DNA of 64,000 bases. Origin: Camelus ferus. Taxonomy: Eukaryota. The notes beneath the pieces are model-generated. The model was not told the origin of the DNA, made no database searches, and worked only from the letters and a program-made list of their open reading frames with translations. Position numbers and translations under genes: made by a program. The stretch's first letter is position 1. Each line of letters starts with the position of its first letter. Positions 1 through 12,102 of this stretch are shown piece by piece. Where the stretch lies: the NCBI RefSeq assembly GCF_009834535.1, contig NC_045697.1, forward strand, positions 15,874,001-15,938,000, in the 5' to 3' direction.

Positions 1-249
1 GGTCTTCCAAATATGGGCTTGCTTGGAGTGATTTCTATTTTGTTCCAGTTGCACAATAAGTGAACTGTTGTTAAAGTCACCCACTCTTCCAGACAGACAG
101 ACAGGCAACACAGGACCTTGCATAATTTGGCTTCTGCTTGCCTTGCTTACCACTCACTATTTTTATTCCTCTCCTGATGAGCTATACCCTCTCTTTAGAG
201 TCAACTTGTAGTTCCTGGAAAGAGCCACTCTCTTCTAAGAGAATGCGTA

Positions 250-682
250 TGTAAGCAAACAATAGTCAGGCCATATATGACAGTGAAAGTCTGATCCAAA
301 GGGAAGCCCGGGAAGCCAGACCACAAGCTCTGCAGCAGCTGGTCCAGAATAGTCAGAACGTGGCCAGAAACGGCCAGCTTCTCTGTTTTTCTGCTCCTCT
401 GCCTCCTGCATTGAACTCAGGAACAACCAGAAAAAGCCAAGCATGCTCCCCAAACCAACTGCCTAGGATGCCCTGGTTCTAGTGAGCCCAACTCCGGCCT
501 CCCTGTGCTAACAACAAGGTCAGAAGGTATCTGAGTCCTCCCCCTATTTTTTTATTATGAAGCTTTCCTTCTTCCCTGGCAGCCTTTGAGTATCTGCCAA
601 ATGCAATTGATGATGGCCGGCTCCTTGCTACAGCAAATGCTGTCTAAACAGACCATTCGCCTCTGGGTGGCCTTTATTTCCA
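250..682 (+). mobile_element. ERV1-class solo LTR (MER90/MER110-like)
   Basis: Begins TGT and contains ggaacaaccagaaaaagccaa...ggatgccctggttctagt and ctttgagtatctgccaaatgc blocks resembling MER4-group LTRs. Family assigned from memory. Confidence 0.55.
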
Positions 683-799
683 TTCCTCCTTTGGTCTTTG
701 GCACATTTGTTTCCCCTTTTTCTCTTGCTGGATCACTCCTCCTTGCCTCACTTTCTATTCTTCTTTTTGAGTATCAGCTTGGATGTCACACTTGTGACA

Positions 800-1065
800 A
801 CAATAACTATAATAATTATTATTAGAATGATCACTAACTATGCCAAGAACTGTTCTAAGCCCGTTTGATTTATCAACTCCTTAAACTCTCACAACAATTA
901 TTGAAATAGGTTTCTGTTATTGTGCACAGTTTACAGGCAGGTAGAGATAATTCAGAGAGATGAAGTAACTTGCCCGAGGTCACTGAGCTAGTAGGGAAGG
1001 GGCTGGGATGGAACTTTGGCAGCCTGTTACCATAGTTCACTTTTGAAATTATTATGCTCCACTGC
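800..1065 (-). mobile_element. MIR SINE
   Basis: Core match cagagagatgaagtaacttgcccgaggtcactgagctagta. Confidence 0.8.
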
Positions 1066-1124
1066 ATTCAGAATAGGTTTTCAATTGCCCTCAGTTTGGG
1101 ATGGGGACTTCTCATCATATATTT

Positions 1125-1320
1125 CAATAGCATTCTGTACTTTATCTTTACTAATAGTACTGTATTATAACTGTCTATGAGTTTATATGTAGTCCCTACT
1201 AAAATTTATGGTTCTTTTTAGGACAAAGACAGTGTTTATCTTATGTTTATAAGTCTGGCATATAGTGGCTTCTCTATAAATGTGTATTTGAGGACTGAAT
1301 ACTTTAGTGAATGAATGAAA
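1125..1320 (+). mobile_element. L2 LINE 3' end
   Basis: Ends in tctataaatgtgtatttg...gaatgaatgaa, the typical L2 tail. Confidence 0.6.
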
Positions 1321-1599
1321 CACATGCAAAAGTCTGAATTATTACATTTAAAATGGGAGGATACTAAGTTTTAAAAAAAGAGATAAACAGACCCTACTCA
1401 TTTGCAAACTTTGAGTGCAACACAATTCTACGTATGCATTTATAATTACTTTTCAGGAAACAACCTGTCAAAACAAAACAGCTTCTCCTTGGCTTAAGTT
1501 TTCTATACTCTTAGACATAAAATCATATGAAGTACTAATGTCAGTCTCAGAATGTCTCTTCCAAGTTCAGAGTCATTTTTAGGTTGGACCCAACATCTT

Positions 1600-1829
1600 C
1601 TTTTCTTCTTCTTCTTTTTTTTTTTTCTACATTCGTATGTATGTTTTTTTTCAGATTCTTTCCCATTATATGTTATTACAATAAACTGAATATAGTTCCC
1701 TGTGCTATACAGCAGGTCCTTGTTTATCTATTTTATATATAGTAGTGTGTATCTGTTAATCCCAAACCCCTAATTTATCCCTCCCCACCCTTTCCCCTTT
1801 GGTAACCATAGTTTGTTTTTTATGTCCCA
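1600..1829 (-). mobile_element. 5'-truncated L1 3' end with perfect 12-bp TSD
   Basis: Poly(T) followed by the cetartiodactyl L1 3'UTR motif gaatatagttccctgtgctatacagcaggtcc. ACCCAACATCTT occurs at 1588-1599 and 1830-1841. Confidence 0.88.
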
Positions 1830-2184
1830 ACCCAACATCTTGGCATTGGTTTCTAAGGCAGAACATTGCCAACTTAGTAACATTCTTCTGAACCCTGCCA
1901 CATCCTAAAAACTCTCTCTCAAATGCAGTGCTGAGAGAGCCAGCTGAGAGCCAGGGGTGGCTGTATATTCCCAAGGACTGTGTCAGAATTTAGGCCAAAC
2001 TCCCCAACTCAGTGTTCCTTAATGTGCCAAGCCCCTAGCTCCCTGCCCTTGTAACCCACATCGTGGGACCAATGCTCAGCTCTCATTCACACTCAGTGGG
2101 TCTCCTTTCCTAGAGACTGATGGGTCCAGAGAAGCTCGAAGGCAGCCACTGGGTTCAGTGTCTTTATATTTAATACCATTGAGA

Positions 2185-2385
2185 TCTATTCATTTATTCA
2201 ACCAATATTTATTGAGTATCTACTAAATTTCTGGTATTGTTTCAGAATTTGGAGGATCCAGAAGTAAATTAGACAGACAAAGCCCCAATTGTCATGGGGC
2301 TTGTATTCTAGTAGGGTTGAGAGACAAGCCAAACACACAAACAAGCAGATGACATAATTTCAAGAAGTGTGCCGATGACATGAAG
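2185..2385 (-). mobile_element. L2 LINE 3' end
   Basis: cattTattcaaccaatatttattgagtatctact...agacagacaaagcccc...ttgtattctagt. Confidence 0.7.
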
Positions 2386-2551
2386 TTGTGTTGTAGTGAC
2401 TTGCCCAAATGACTCCCTTTCAGAACAAACATCTTCCACAATTGTGTCATCCCCTCCCATTCCCCTCTCTGACCAGCTAGGCTTCCTTGGACGTCTCTGT
2501 GTTTCCCACTAACCTTTAATTGATTATAGGCAGGAAGTAATAAATCTTATT

Positions 2552-2765
2552 TGTTTTTAAGTTGAGAATTATGTTTTATTTGGGGCATTACTGAGGATTG
2601 TAAGTGAGGAAGGCAGCCTGTTACATAGCTTCTAGGGACGGTTCCCAATAGGTAAGGAAAAGAGTCAGGATATATAGGAGTTTTTGCTGAAAAAAACCAT
2701 GTAGTCAAACATCGAAAGTTTATTGCTAATAACCAAAAAACCCCACCAAAAAACCCCCAGACATC
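2552..2765 (-). mobile_element. ERV LTR fragment (cetartiodactyl-type)
   Basis: aagttgagaattatgttttatttgg...gtcaggatatataggagtttttgc...gtagtcaaacatc resembles artiodactyl ERV1 LTRs as recalled. Confidence 0.5.
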
Positions 2766-3140
2766 TCTGTTTCTGGACTCTCTATTTTTCTTCTGTTGAT
2801 CAATTCATCTCTTCCTTTACCAATACTACACAGTCTTGATTATTATAACTTTATAATAAGTCTTGAAGTCAGGTAGTGTCAGTCCTCCAACTTTGTTCTT
2901 CTCCTTCAATATTGTTTGCTGTTCTGGGTCATTTGCCTTTCTATGTAAACTTTAGAATCACTTTGTGAATTTTGTGTTACAGATTTACAGAAAAATGGAG
3001 TGGAAAGTAAAGAGAGTTCCCACATACTCCTTCATTCCCCCACCTACATTTTCTCCTATCATATCTTGCATTTCTTACAACTGATGGGCCAATATTGATC
3101 TGTTATTAGTAACTGAAGTACTTATTTTACATTAGAGTTG
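2766..3140 (-). mobile_element. Old L1 fragments (ORF2 piece followed by L1MC/MD-like 3'UTR piece)
   Basis: ccaatactacacagtcttgattat...aagtcaggtagtgtcagtcctccaactttgttcttc, then ttacagaaaaatggagtggaaagta...gagttccc. Confidence 0.65.
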
Positions 3141-3255
3141 AGTAAGTCTTATTTTGATGGAAGTTATTTAGGAAATTATGATTCCTGATCCTTATGTATT
3201 ATCAATATACTAAAAATAACTTTTCTTCTCATACTTTCTTTTGTTTTATTCCTAG

Positions 3256-4052
3256 GAATTGACTATTACAACAAGATCATTGATGATTTGTTAACAAATG
3301 GGGTTACACCCATCGTGACCCTCTACCACTTTGATTTGCCTCAGGCCTTAGAAGACCAAGGAGGTTGGTTGTCAGAGGCCATCATTGACTCCTTCGACAA
3401 ATACGCCTGGTTTTGCTTCAGTACGTTTGGGGATCGAGTCAAGCACTGGATCACCATAAACGAGCCAAATATGTTGGCCCTGGTGGCGTATGAATTGGGT
3501 GCATTTCCTCCTGGTGTCCCTCAGGTTGGAACTAAAGTTTATCAGGCAGCTCATAATTTGATTAAAGCTCATGCCAGATCCTGGCACAGCTATGATTCCT
3601 TATTCCGAAAAGAGCAGAAGGGAATGGTGTCTTTATCAATTTTTGCTGGCTGGGTGGAACCAGCAGATCTGAACTCAGTGTCTGACCAGGAAGCTACTAA
3701 GAGAGCCATTGCTTTCCAATTGGATTTCTTTGCTAAACCCATATTTATTGATGGCGATTATCCTGAAGTTGTCAAGTCCCAGGTTGCCCTCATGAGTAAA
3801 AAGCAAGGCTATCCATCATCAAGGCTTCCAGAATTTACAGAAGAAGAGAAGAAAATGATCAGAGGCACTGCTGATTTCTTTGCTGTGCAATATTATACGA
3901 CTCGTTTAGTTAAGTACCAGGAGAGCAAGAAAGGAGAACTGGGTTTACTCCAGGATGCAGAGGTCAAGGTATTTCCAGACTCGTCTTGGATAAATTTGGA
4001 CTGGGTCTACGTGGTGCCATGGGGAATACGTAAACTGCTGAAATACATTAAG
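3256..4052 (+). CDS. GBA3: GBA3 coding exon 3 (797 nt), cytosolic beta-glucosidase, GH1; contains acid/base Glu (TINEP)
   Basis: Acceptor ttttattcctag|GA at 3255/3256 and donor AAG|gtaaat at 4052/4053. Translation (G)[12 protein letters not shown]...TLYHFDLPQ...WITINEP...QYYTTR...[14 protein letters not shown] has the GH1 motifs and closely matches human GBA3 as recalled. Glu codon at 3462-3464. Confidence 0.97.
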
Positions 4053-4781
4053 GTAAATGCACAATTTGTTTGCATCCATGTGCCCCCAAACATGGGAAGA
4101 CAGGCAATATGTCTGTGTGTGTAAGAACCTGAAAAAAAGAATGACTTAGGCAACAGCATATACACTTGTTGACCTGGGAAGAGAAGACTGTATTTAAGTT
4201 GATGAGGAGGAACTAGCTGATAAAGGGCTTCAAAACCATGATTGAAGTTAAGAGGCACTGTTAAATTCAGTTGTGGCTACAGTAGTGGCTTGGACATATT
4301 TTTTCAGGTTAGGGTTACAACTGTGATTACTAAAAGGCAAAATGGCTGGATCCTTTTCGGGTCTTTTTCACTCTGGATGGCATTAAGGTAGCTGTCATTA
4401 AAATTTTTAAGTTACCAGTTTTTAGGATGCCCACTGTTGGAAGATAGAGAGTGTGGTTGCTGGGGAGGCGGGTGGAGACCAGGGGGTTAAGGAGCAGTGA
4501 CAACCAGCAGATGCTGACGGAAGAAAGATATTTCTGTCTTCTCATTATTGCAAGAGTCATTTGACTGTCTTCATGCATATTTGCACAGTTTTTCTTCTCC
4601 ATTGTTAGTTATAAAAGGTCAGCATGTGGAAAATTAAGTTAATAGGGTCAGTGCAATTTGATGAAAACTAGTTTTGGGGTTGTAGCTTAGAGAAGATAGA
4701 GGGTAAATGCACCTGATTTTATGAGATTTTTTTTTTTTAAATTTACTCTGTTTGGAATAAAACTTCTGCTTCTTATTCCAG

Positions 4782-4905
4782 GAAACGTATAATAACCCTG
4801 TAATTTACATCACTGAGAATGGGTTTCCCCTGGATGAGGCCCCATCTTTCGATGACACTCAGCGCTGGGAGTGTTTCAGACAGACATTTCAGGAACTGCT
4901 CAAAG
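4782..4905 (+). CDS. GBA3: GBA3 coding exon 4 (124 nt); contains nucleophile Glu (ITENG)
   Basis: Acceptor ttcttattccag| at 4781 and donor AAG|gtacca at 4905/4906. Reads [41 protein letters not shown]+G, in frame with exon 3. Glu codon at 4815-4817. Absent from the supplied ORF track. Confidence 0.96.
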
Positions 4906-6660
4906 GTACCATGTGAATGATGAAAGATCAATTGTGCAAACTTAATATGATTTTCCCATGTGCCGATTTGCATTCAGCAAAGACCAATGATGTTGAAAGC
5001 TGAAATTATGTAAATCAGTGTAAAGCCATGTAATTAAGAGAGAGAGGAGAAAAAAGCTGAGAATTTCAGCCTAGCTTCAACCTCCCGAAATTTAATCAAG
5101 TAAAAAGCGACTGTCTTCAGCATTTTGTGACTCCTGGGTGAAGGTGACATGAATAGGAGGAATGGTGGCTTTTGGGAGAGAACTTTAGTTATTACAAAAA
5201 GATCATGACTGACCAACTAGAGCAGGCTTATTTGCATATTTTAATATCCTAACTATCAAGAAATACATTGAGAGAATTCTTAAATGACCCAAATTAAGCA
5301 TTCATGCAATAAACTTTAAAGGGGTATGTGTTTTCAATCAATGTATGTTTCATTTAAAACTGTAACCAAACAGCCTGGTTAGGAACTTTTTTTTTTTTTT
5401 GTCGTATAGAATCTATGAATTTTGTCAAGACAGTATCATTATTCTGGTAACTCCTTTCCTCCCTTGGAATTCTTTTCATGTTTGAAAACAAACATGAAGG
5501 AATAATCTTTAACTGGTAACACACATTTCTACACCAGTTAATATTAACTACCACTTGGAACACTGTTGCTTCATCAATTTAATTTCTCCTCCCTATAAAG
5601 GAATCATATCATGGCAACAAAATCCAATGCAAAATGAGACTTTCACTTGCTTTTTTTTTTTTTTTTTTTACCATGATAGGCACAGTTATTTCTCATCATT
5701 TTGTTTGAGAGGTCCTGGAATGATTCTTTCCAAAATAAATCAGTAATATACTGGAATCAGCCAGAAGGAATTCTGGAAAGTGACACAAAGTGATTTCTTT
5801 CCAAAACCTAAAATATATTGACTGAATCCCTCACCCAGGCCTGGAGTTTATTGGCAGAGGGTGATTGGATCCTTCCAATTTGATCCAAGAAAAAGAATTC
5901 TTTTGTATTAGGCACAAAACAAGTTTTTCCTCTCTGTTGAAATTCCCCTTCTGATAAGAAAGAGAAATCTCTAGTTTTCTAAGACTCCTCCTCACTTCTC
6001 CCTGTAAATGACCCTATTCATAGTTAATACACTGGTGTTCCCATCTTCATTCTGAGAGACAAGCGAGCAAGTTACCATCATCAGATTTACGGACCCCATA
6101 GGGACCACAAATGACCTGCCCAAAATTTTAGGGAAAAGAATGAAAAATAGGAATTGGCTTTTTTATTCCCAGCATGGGCTCTGTTTAGTGATAATATACA
6201 AGGACATTTCACTGCTCTTTGAAATCATACCAACTACTTTATAGAGTCCCTTAGCTCTTTAACACTAAAAACTCAGTGGTGGACCCACAAGCTAAAATCA
6301 CTTAAAGACAGAAAAGTAACTGAAGGCGAGAGTAGAAAATGTGAGATTTGGGTTTCTAAGGGATAGGAGAGAATAGTAGGGTTAGGGACAAAATTCTGTT
6401 TTTGAACTTGTTGAATTTCTATTGCACTTTTGAATTGATGTAAAAAATATCATGCACATTAATTGTTCACAACATTACATTCTCTACTGATTCTTAACAT
6501 TAGGTGATTTATATTCACTGTAATTAACACATAATATTGTATTTGTCTTGCTTTTTAAAAATATAGCCTTTCAAAATATGCAGACATCTACACATTGATA
6601 CTTATATTAAGTGTATCCATTCTGGACTGGGTGGGGTGATAGCTGTTTTTCATATGCTGT

Positions 6661-7155
6661 TGTAGTGGACACTAATTATTTCATCTGTAGTAAAACTCTC
6701 TTTTCTAGTTACCCTTTTTTTCTATCAAATGCCCAGTTTCCCCTATCCTTAGGCTTGCAGACAATCGATTGGTCTAGATGTAGGCACATGACATGAGCTG
6801 GGCCAATCCCAGTTCTTTCCTGGGATTTAGAACTTGCACTAGTCAATTTGTTTGTCTCATATCGTGGCTTGGCAAGGGGATGTAACTTTGCCGGCCATTG
6901 GTGGCTATGCGTTGCCATGTAAAGCTTAGGAGTAGTGAGAGGGGAGCTGCAGGTGCCTCTAGGGAAATAGAGGCAAGTAGTGAGGAGACCTTCAGGGTGA
7001 CACTTGCTCCTCTAATTCCAGTTTTCGTCAGACCCAGCTGTATGCGCATTCTTGAGAGATATTACTATTATTTGTAATTAAATGCACTTTCTGCTTCACC
7101 TGATTCCATTTCTATTGGATTTCAATCACTTGGAATGAAAAGTTTTAATGGATGC
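6661..7155 (+). mobile_element. Old ERVL/MaLR LTR (LTR16/MLT1-like)
   Basis: tgtagtggacact start, gattggtctagatgtaggcacatgac...gggccaatc motif and ttggatttcaatcacttggaa end. Confidence 0.5.
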
Positions 7156-8044
7156 TGTCATCTCATTTCATTTTCAAAAGAGTGAGATGAGATCAGCACT
7201 CCTATTTTACAGATGGGAATACTGAGTTTCAAAGAGGCTAGGTCATTTGCCCCAGATCCACAAAGTGGCTAAGTAATATTTACTGGAACAAGGTAGAATG
7301 TGTATATTATTATTATTACTGCTACAACTAGTCCTATTTTTGTGTCTGTTTGGTAAGATCTGTGAGTCCACGGCTTTCTGACTCAAAGTGCTTGTTTGTC
7401 CCACCACATGGAAACTTTGTCTCACCTTTGGTGCTCTCGGCTTGCATAGATTCTTTGAAAGTGCTTCATGCTGCATCTGCAGGAGCTGACAGGTCCTCGG
7501 ATGAAGCTAAGGCACCCCCATCCTGCCTCAAGTCAGAGGAAGAGAGCTGAAATCACTAATCGATTTCCTGAGACTCCTCCGAGGTAGAGCTGATCTTGAT
7601 TGGCGAGAACTTTACCAGTAAGCAGCACCCTGTGAGCAATTCAGAATAACAGCAGGCCAAGGAAGACGCTGGTGGGAAGCGCCGCAGGTGAGAGCCCGCA
7701 GGAACCCGGGGAGTCAGGCGGATGATGGCTTTGTGATTCCCAGGAACAAAGCCTTCCTTCCAACAACACACATACAGACGGGCGCATAATGACACTAGAG
7801 TTGAATCAATGGTGTCTGCCTGGAGGTCTTACTAATCTCTTCAAGTAAAATCCCACAACAATGAATTGAGCAGTAAAAAGGAAGCTAATGTTTCGGTTTC
7901 CTTGTGGGAAAGGGGAAAAAAAAAAAGAGGAAAGATGTCATTTCAAGGAAAAAAAGATGCAGTGAATGCCTTTTTAATCATTGCATTATTCAAAAGCCTT
8001 TAAGTAGGTTGTGTTTTAATTAATGCAGCAATGGATAAGAGAAA

Positions 8045-8295
8045 AACAACGCAGTGGAGACACAAAAACTTGAAATAATATGTAACTGAGCTTGCATTCC
8101 AGCTCTGCAGGTAATTCAATGAGGGGCCTTTGGCAAACTGGTCAACCTCCCAAACTCTCAGTTTGCTCATCTGTGAAAATGGGGTATCATGTTCCCTGGC
8201 AGCGCTGTGCAGATTTCATTTCATAATGATTGTGTTAAACACCCCTGGCAATATCTGGCACGTAGCTGGCCCTCAACCAATGGAGATTATTATTG
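8045..8295 (+). mobile_element. MIR SINE
   Basis: ctcagtttgctcatctgtgaaaatgggg core. Confidence 0.7.
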
Positions 8296-8969
8296 TTACA
8301 AAATACACCCTCAAGAATATATTTATCACCCCAAGTTATTTTCCTTGTTATTGAAAAAATAGAATCCCAAACCTTCTTTTTTTAATTCCATCCCTCTCAA
8401 GTCTCTGAATTATGACAGCATATTCCACCTTGTCTGCAGTTTTCTCCATCATTCTTTTTGGGAAGCCTCTGTATGAGTGTGGTATCATTGGCCTACTGGC
8501 TACTTACGATTGAATCTTATAGAGGAGAAAGCCGCCAGGACCTGCCTCCATTCATTATTTCCACGGGAGAGGTTGCCTGATGAGGTGAAAAGTCAAATCA
8601 TTGGTGGCAGAAACAACCGAGTAGCTGGACTTGCTCTGCCACGTGAATTTTTGTCTAAGTTCAGGAAGTGGTGATCTTCAAAGGGTTAAGCTCCTTTCCC
8701 ATGATACGACTCTTTGTCAGAGTCATAAAATTGCCACCCGTCCTTGCTGCTCTGGAGCTAGCAGGCAAGTTTAAGTTCTTAGGGAAATACACAATAATCT
8801 GAAGGTTGCTGAGGGGGTGAGGAAGGGTGGGAAGCCAGGGGAGGCTGTTCCCCACGGGCCATACTTGAGGGTTCATCCTGCTCCTCATCCAGACTGAGTA
8901 TGCGCCTGCCTTTGCTCAGCCTGGAATGCCACAATCTTTTCCTTCTTCCTGGCCCAATCCTGTGCTTTG

Positions 8970-9200
8970 GAGTACAGAAACTAGCTTGAAGTCAGGCAAG
9001 ACATGGGTTTGAAACCTGGTCCCGGCACTTACAAGTTTCATGATTTGGGGAAAAATCTTAAACACACACAACACTTCAGCGATCTAATCTTTACAATGGG
9101 GATAATCAGAACCCCTGTCTTCTAAAGAATGGGGAAAAATGAATATGGTGATGCTTAGAGAGCCTCAATACGGAGTGTGGCACATGACGAAGGATTCTGT
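8970..9200 (+). mobile_element. MIR SINE
   Basis: gggtttgaaacctggtcccggcacttac...tacaatggggataat. Confidence 0.65.
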
Positions 9201-11591
9201 CAGTGATGCTAATTTTGGGGGGCATCTCTGAACCTTCGGAGAATTGGAGCTGTGTCTTTTGTATAATTATATCTTCAGCCCCAAGCACCGTTTCCGTCAG
9301 ATAGTGGCTGTTCTGAGCACGTTTGTTGAATGTGATTGTGTCTATCAGAGAAGAGCTAGTCAATGGATAATGGGAAATAAATGATTAAATGATGGGGAGC
9401 TATATTTTCTTTCCCTCAAGAAATAGAACCTACACAGGGAAAAAAAAAAAAAAAAAAAAAAAAAAAAAGCAGCCTTCTGGAAAGTTTCTGAGCCAGCCCA
9501 ACTTTCGAGTCAGATCCATGCCTGAGTTAGCCCAGCGGTAGATGATTGCAGAGAAGGTTTGTTAATGACCAGCTTTAGGCTTTTAATGACAAAACCCCTC
9601 AGCAAGATGTCATCGAAGTTATTGAAGACTTCACTGAAAGTGTTGAAGCTGATGCATTGTAACGAGAAGGTTATAAATCTTGCAGCTCGGGTATACCACC
9701 AAGACGAGATGCTGAGCGGAGAATCACCCTGCTGTTGTCTGTCAGCGTTCCCCCTCCCTCTCCTCTTCCGCTTCCCACGGAGAGCCGGCAAAGGAGAAAT
9801 ACATCCATTTCCCAAAGTCAGACCTGGCAGCCACCTGCCTATGTCAATTTCAGATCACAGAAGCCCGTTTAACTGGACCAAAGGTGTTAAGCACCTGTGT
9901 TTTTCTAAATGTGCATTGAAAAAGAATCCTAAGAATTAAGGAAAGATCTCAAAGGTTGACACACTGACCTTTTGGAAAAACTCGCCAATTAAAAATCCAT
10001 TGCAAGCTCAGAACAGAGGCTCAGTTACCTGAATATAGAGTCCCACTCCAGATCTATTGTTTTATTGCTTTTCAGAGTAAACCTTTCTCAACTTAGCCCA
10101 GTGGAGCAGTTCATCCCGTAGCTCATGGAGAGCTCACAGCTTTGGGTATGTGTGGGGTGGGATGTCAGATTCACTTGGGACTGTTGCTGCTGGCTGGACT
10201 GGATGGCAGCTAGCAAAGAGGAGTCAAGGTCAGATTTGAGAAGGATGAATGAGATTTGAAGGCTTTGCACAAGAATTGTTAGTGTGTGCCAGTGTATAAT
10301 TTTGTGGAATTTGAAAAGTCATGAAGAAAATGATTTCTAATACGTTTGTATCTTAACAACCTACATACACAGACCACAGATAAACTCAGACAGCCAGAGT
10401 TTACACAGTTCACCTTAAACAGATATGCTAGATGACTTTCCTCTATTGCTTCTCCCCTACTTCTGTTCAGTGGCATACTCTCCTTTGTCTTCCATCCCCC
10501 ATATGAAGTATGGCAGAGTGGAAAGTCTACAGGGTCTGGGGTGTGAAGACTGAGTCCCATGTTCTGAGGGTGTGCTTTTGGGGAAGTTCTCTCTGCGTGT
10601 CAACTTCCTCACCTGTTCGGTGGGACTGATGCTCACTTCCATTCTGCCTAACCCAAAGTCAGCTATGAGAATAAAGTAATTAATATATTTGCATGACCTG
10701 AACACCTTAAAATGTTAACTGTGATTTTTGTGTTTGATATAATTGCTTTATACCTTAAGGACATCCATCACTCTGGCCAAAATACATAATCTGGATCTTA
10801 GTGTTCTCCGCTGCGAAGAGAAGGGATTGGTGCTCATTATCCAGTCCTGTCAACTGCAGTTTTCAGATTCCATGGGTTTTATTTTCCTGCACATTTCTGT
10901 AGTGCTATGATGGTCAGTTTAGGGGGTTTAAAGAACATGTTCTATGATCAAGTGACTGGTGGAGTCACACACACACACACACATTGTTGTAGTTGAGCTA
11001 CTTCACCAGGCTTACCCAGGGGAGACATGTTGATGTGATTAGGAAGATATAACATTTAGCAGGCACACCCTCTTAGAAACATAGAACCTGGTGCATCTGC
11101 TTCATGGGAACAGGTTTCATGGAGCTGTCCATGTCAGAAAAAGCTCAATCATAATCAGAGAATCTATCCTTGTGCTTCCTGATTGGAAACCATTCTTTAT
11201 CATCTCTTTCCATAGCATTCTAGTGCACACTCTCTGCCCCTGCAGATGGACGTTCCTTTTGAGCTTCTTTTTAATTCAATCCCAACTGCTTTGAGGGGAT
11301 AATGACTTAAGGTCCCCCATCACCCCAGGCCCAGTGAATTTTAAGACTGCTATACAGCCTTTAAAAAATTTTTTATTAGATGATTCCAAACTCACCCTCC
11401 ATTTTTATGACAATCTGTCCAGTAGTTTTTTTTGTGTAGAGCAGCAAACAGAAGTGCAATTCTATTTTTATAACTATAATAGAGACCTGTAAAATAAGGA
11501 AGTATAATTTATCTGAAAAAAAATCTATTTTTTTAATATAAAGAGTGGATTCAGTAGAATCTCGAAAAAGGGGAAAAGAAGGATTTGATAA

Positions 11592-12070
11592 TTTTTTAAT
11601 GAAATTGATGACAACATGTTGATTTGAAACATTTATATATTATAATATCATTACCACCGTAGTGTTAGCTAACACCTCTATTAAGTTACAGAACTAATAT
11701 TTCCTTTCTTTTTTTGGTGGTAGGAACAATTAAGATCTAGTCTCTTGGCATCTCTGAGGTTTGTAATACCTTATTGTTGACTATAATGACTACATTGTGA
11801 TTAGCATTAGCTGTCCAGAACTTACTTATCTATTTATTAGTCCCCAGTTTGTACCCTTAAACAATATCTCCTCCCACCCCCAACCTCTCGTAAACACCAT
11901 TCTACTCTCACTTTTTACAAGTTTGACTTTTTTAGATTCTACATTTGAGTGATTTTGTACAATATTTGTATTTCTATGACTTCTCACTTAGCGTAATGCC
12001 TTCAGGTTTCATCCATGGTGTTGCAAATGGCAGGATTTCCTTTTCTTTTTCTCATTGTAGAATAATAATC

Positions 12071-12102
<32 letters not shown>

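Noticed and set aside
4053..4124. C-terminal tail of the 278-aa ORF (VNAQFVCIH...)
   Set aside because: Read-through into intron 3 past the AAG|gtaaat donor. The TTG start at 3288 is also internal to the exon.
9440..9468. A29 tract as a retrocopy tail
   Set aside because: No upstream element body, poly(A) signal or TSD seen.
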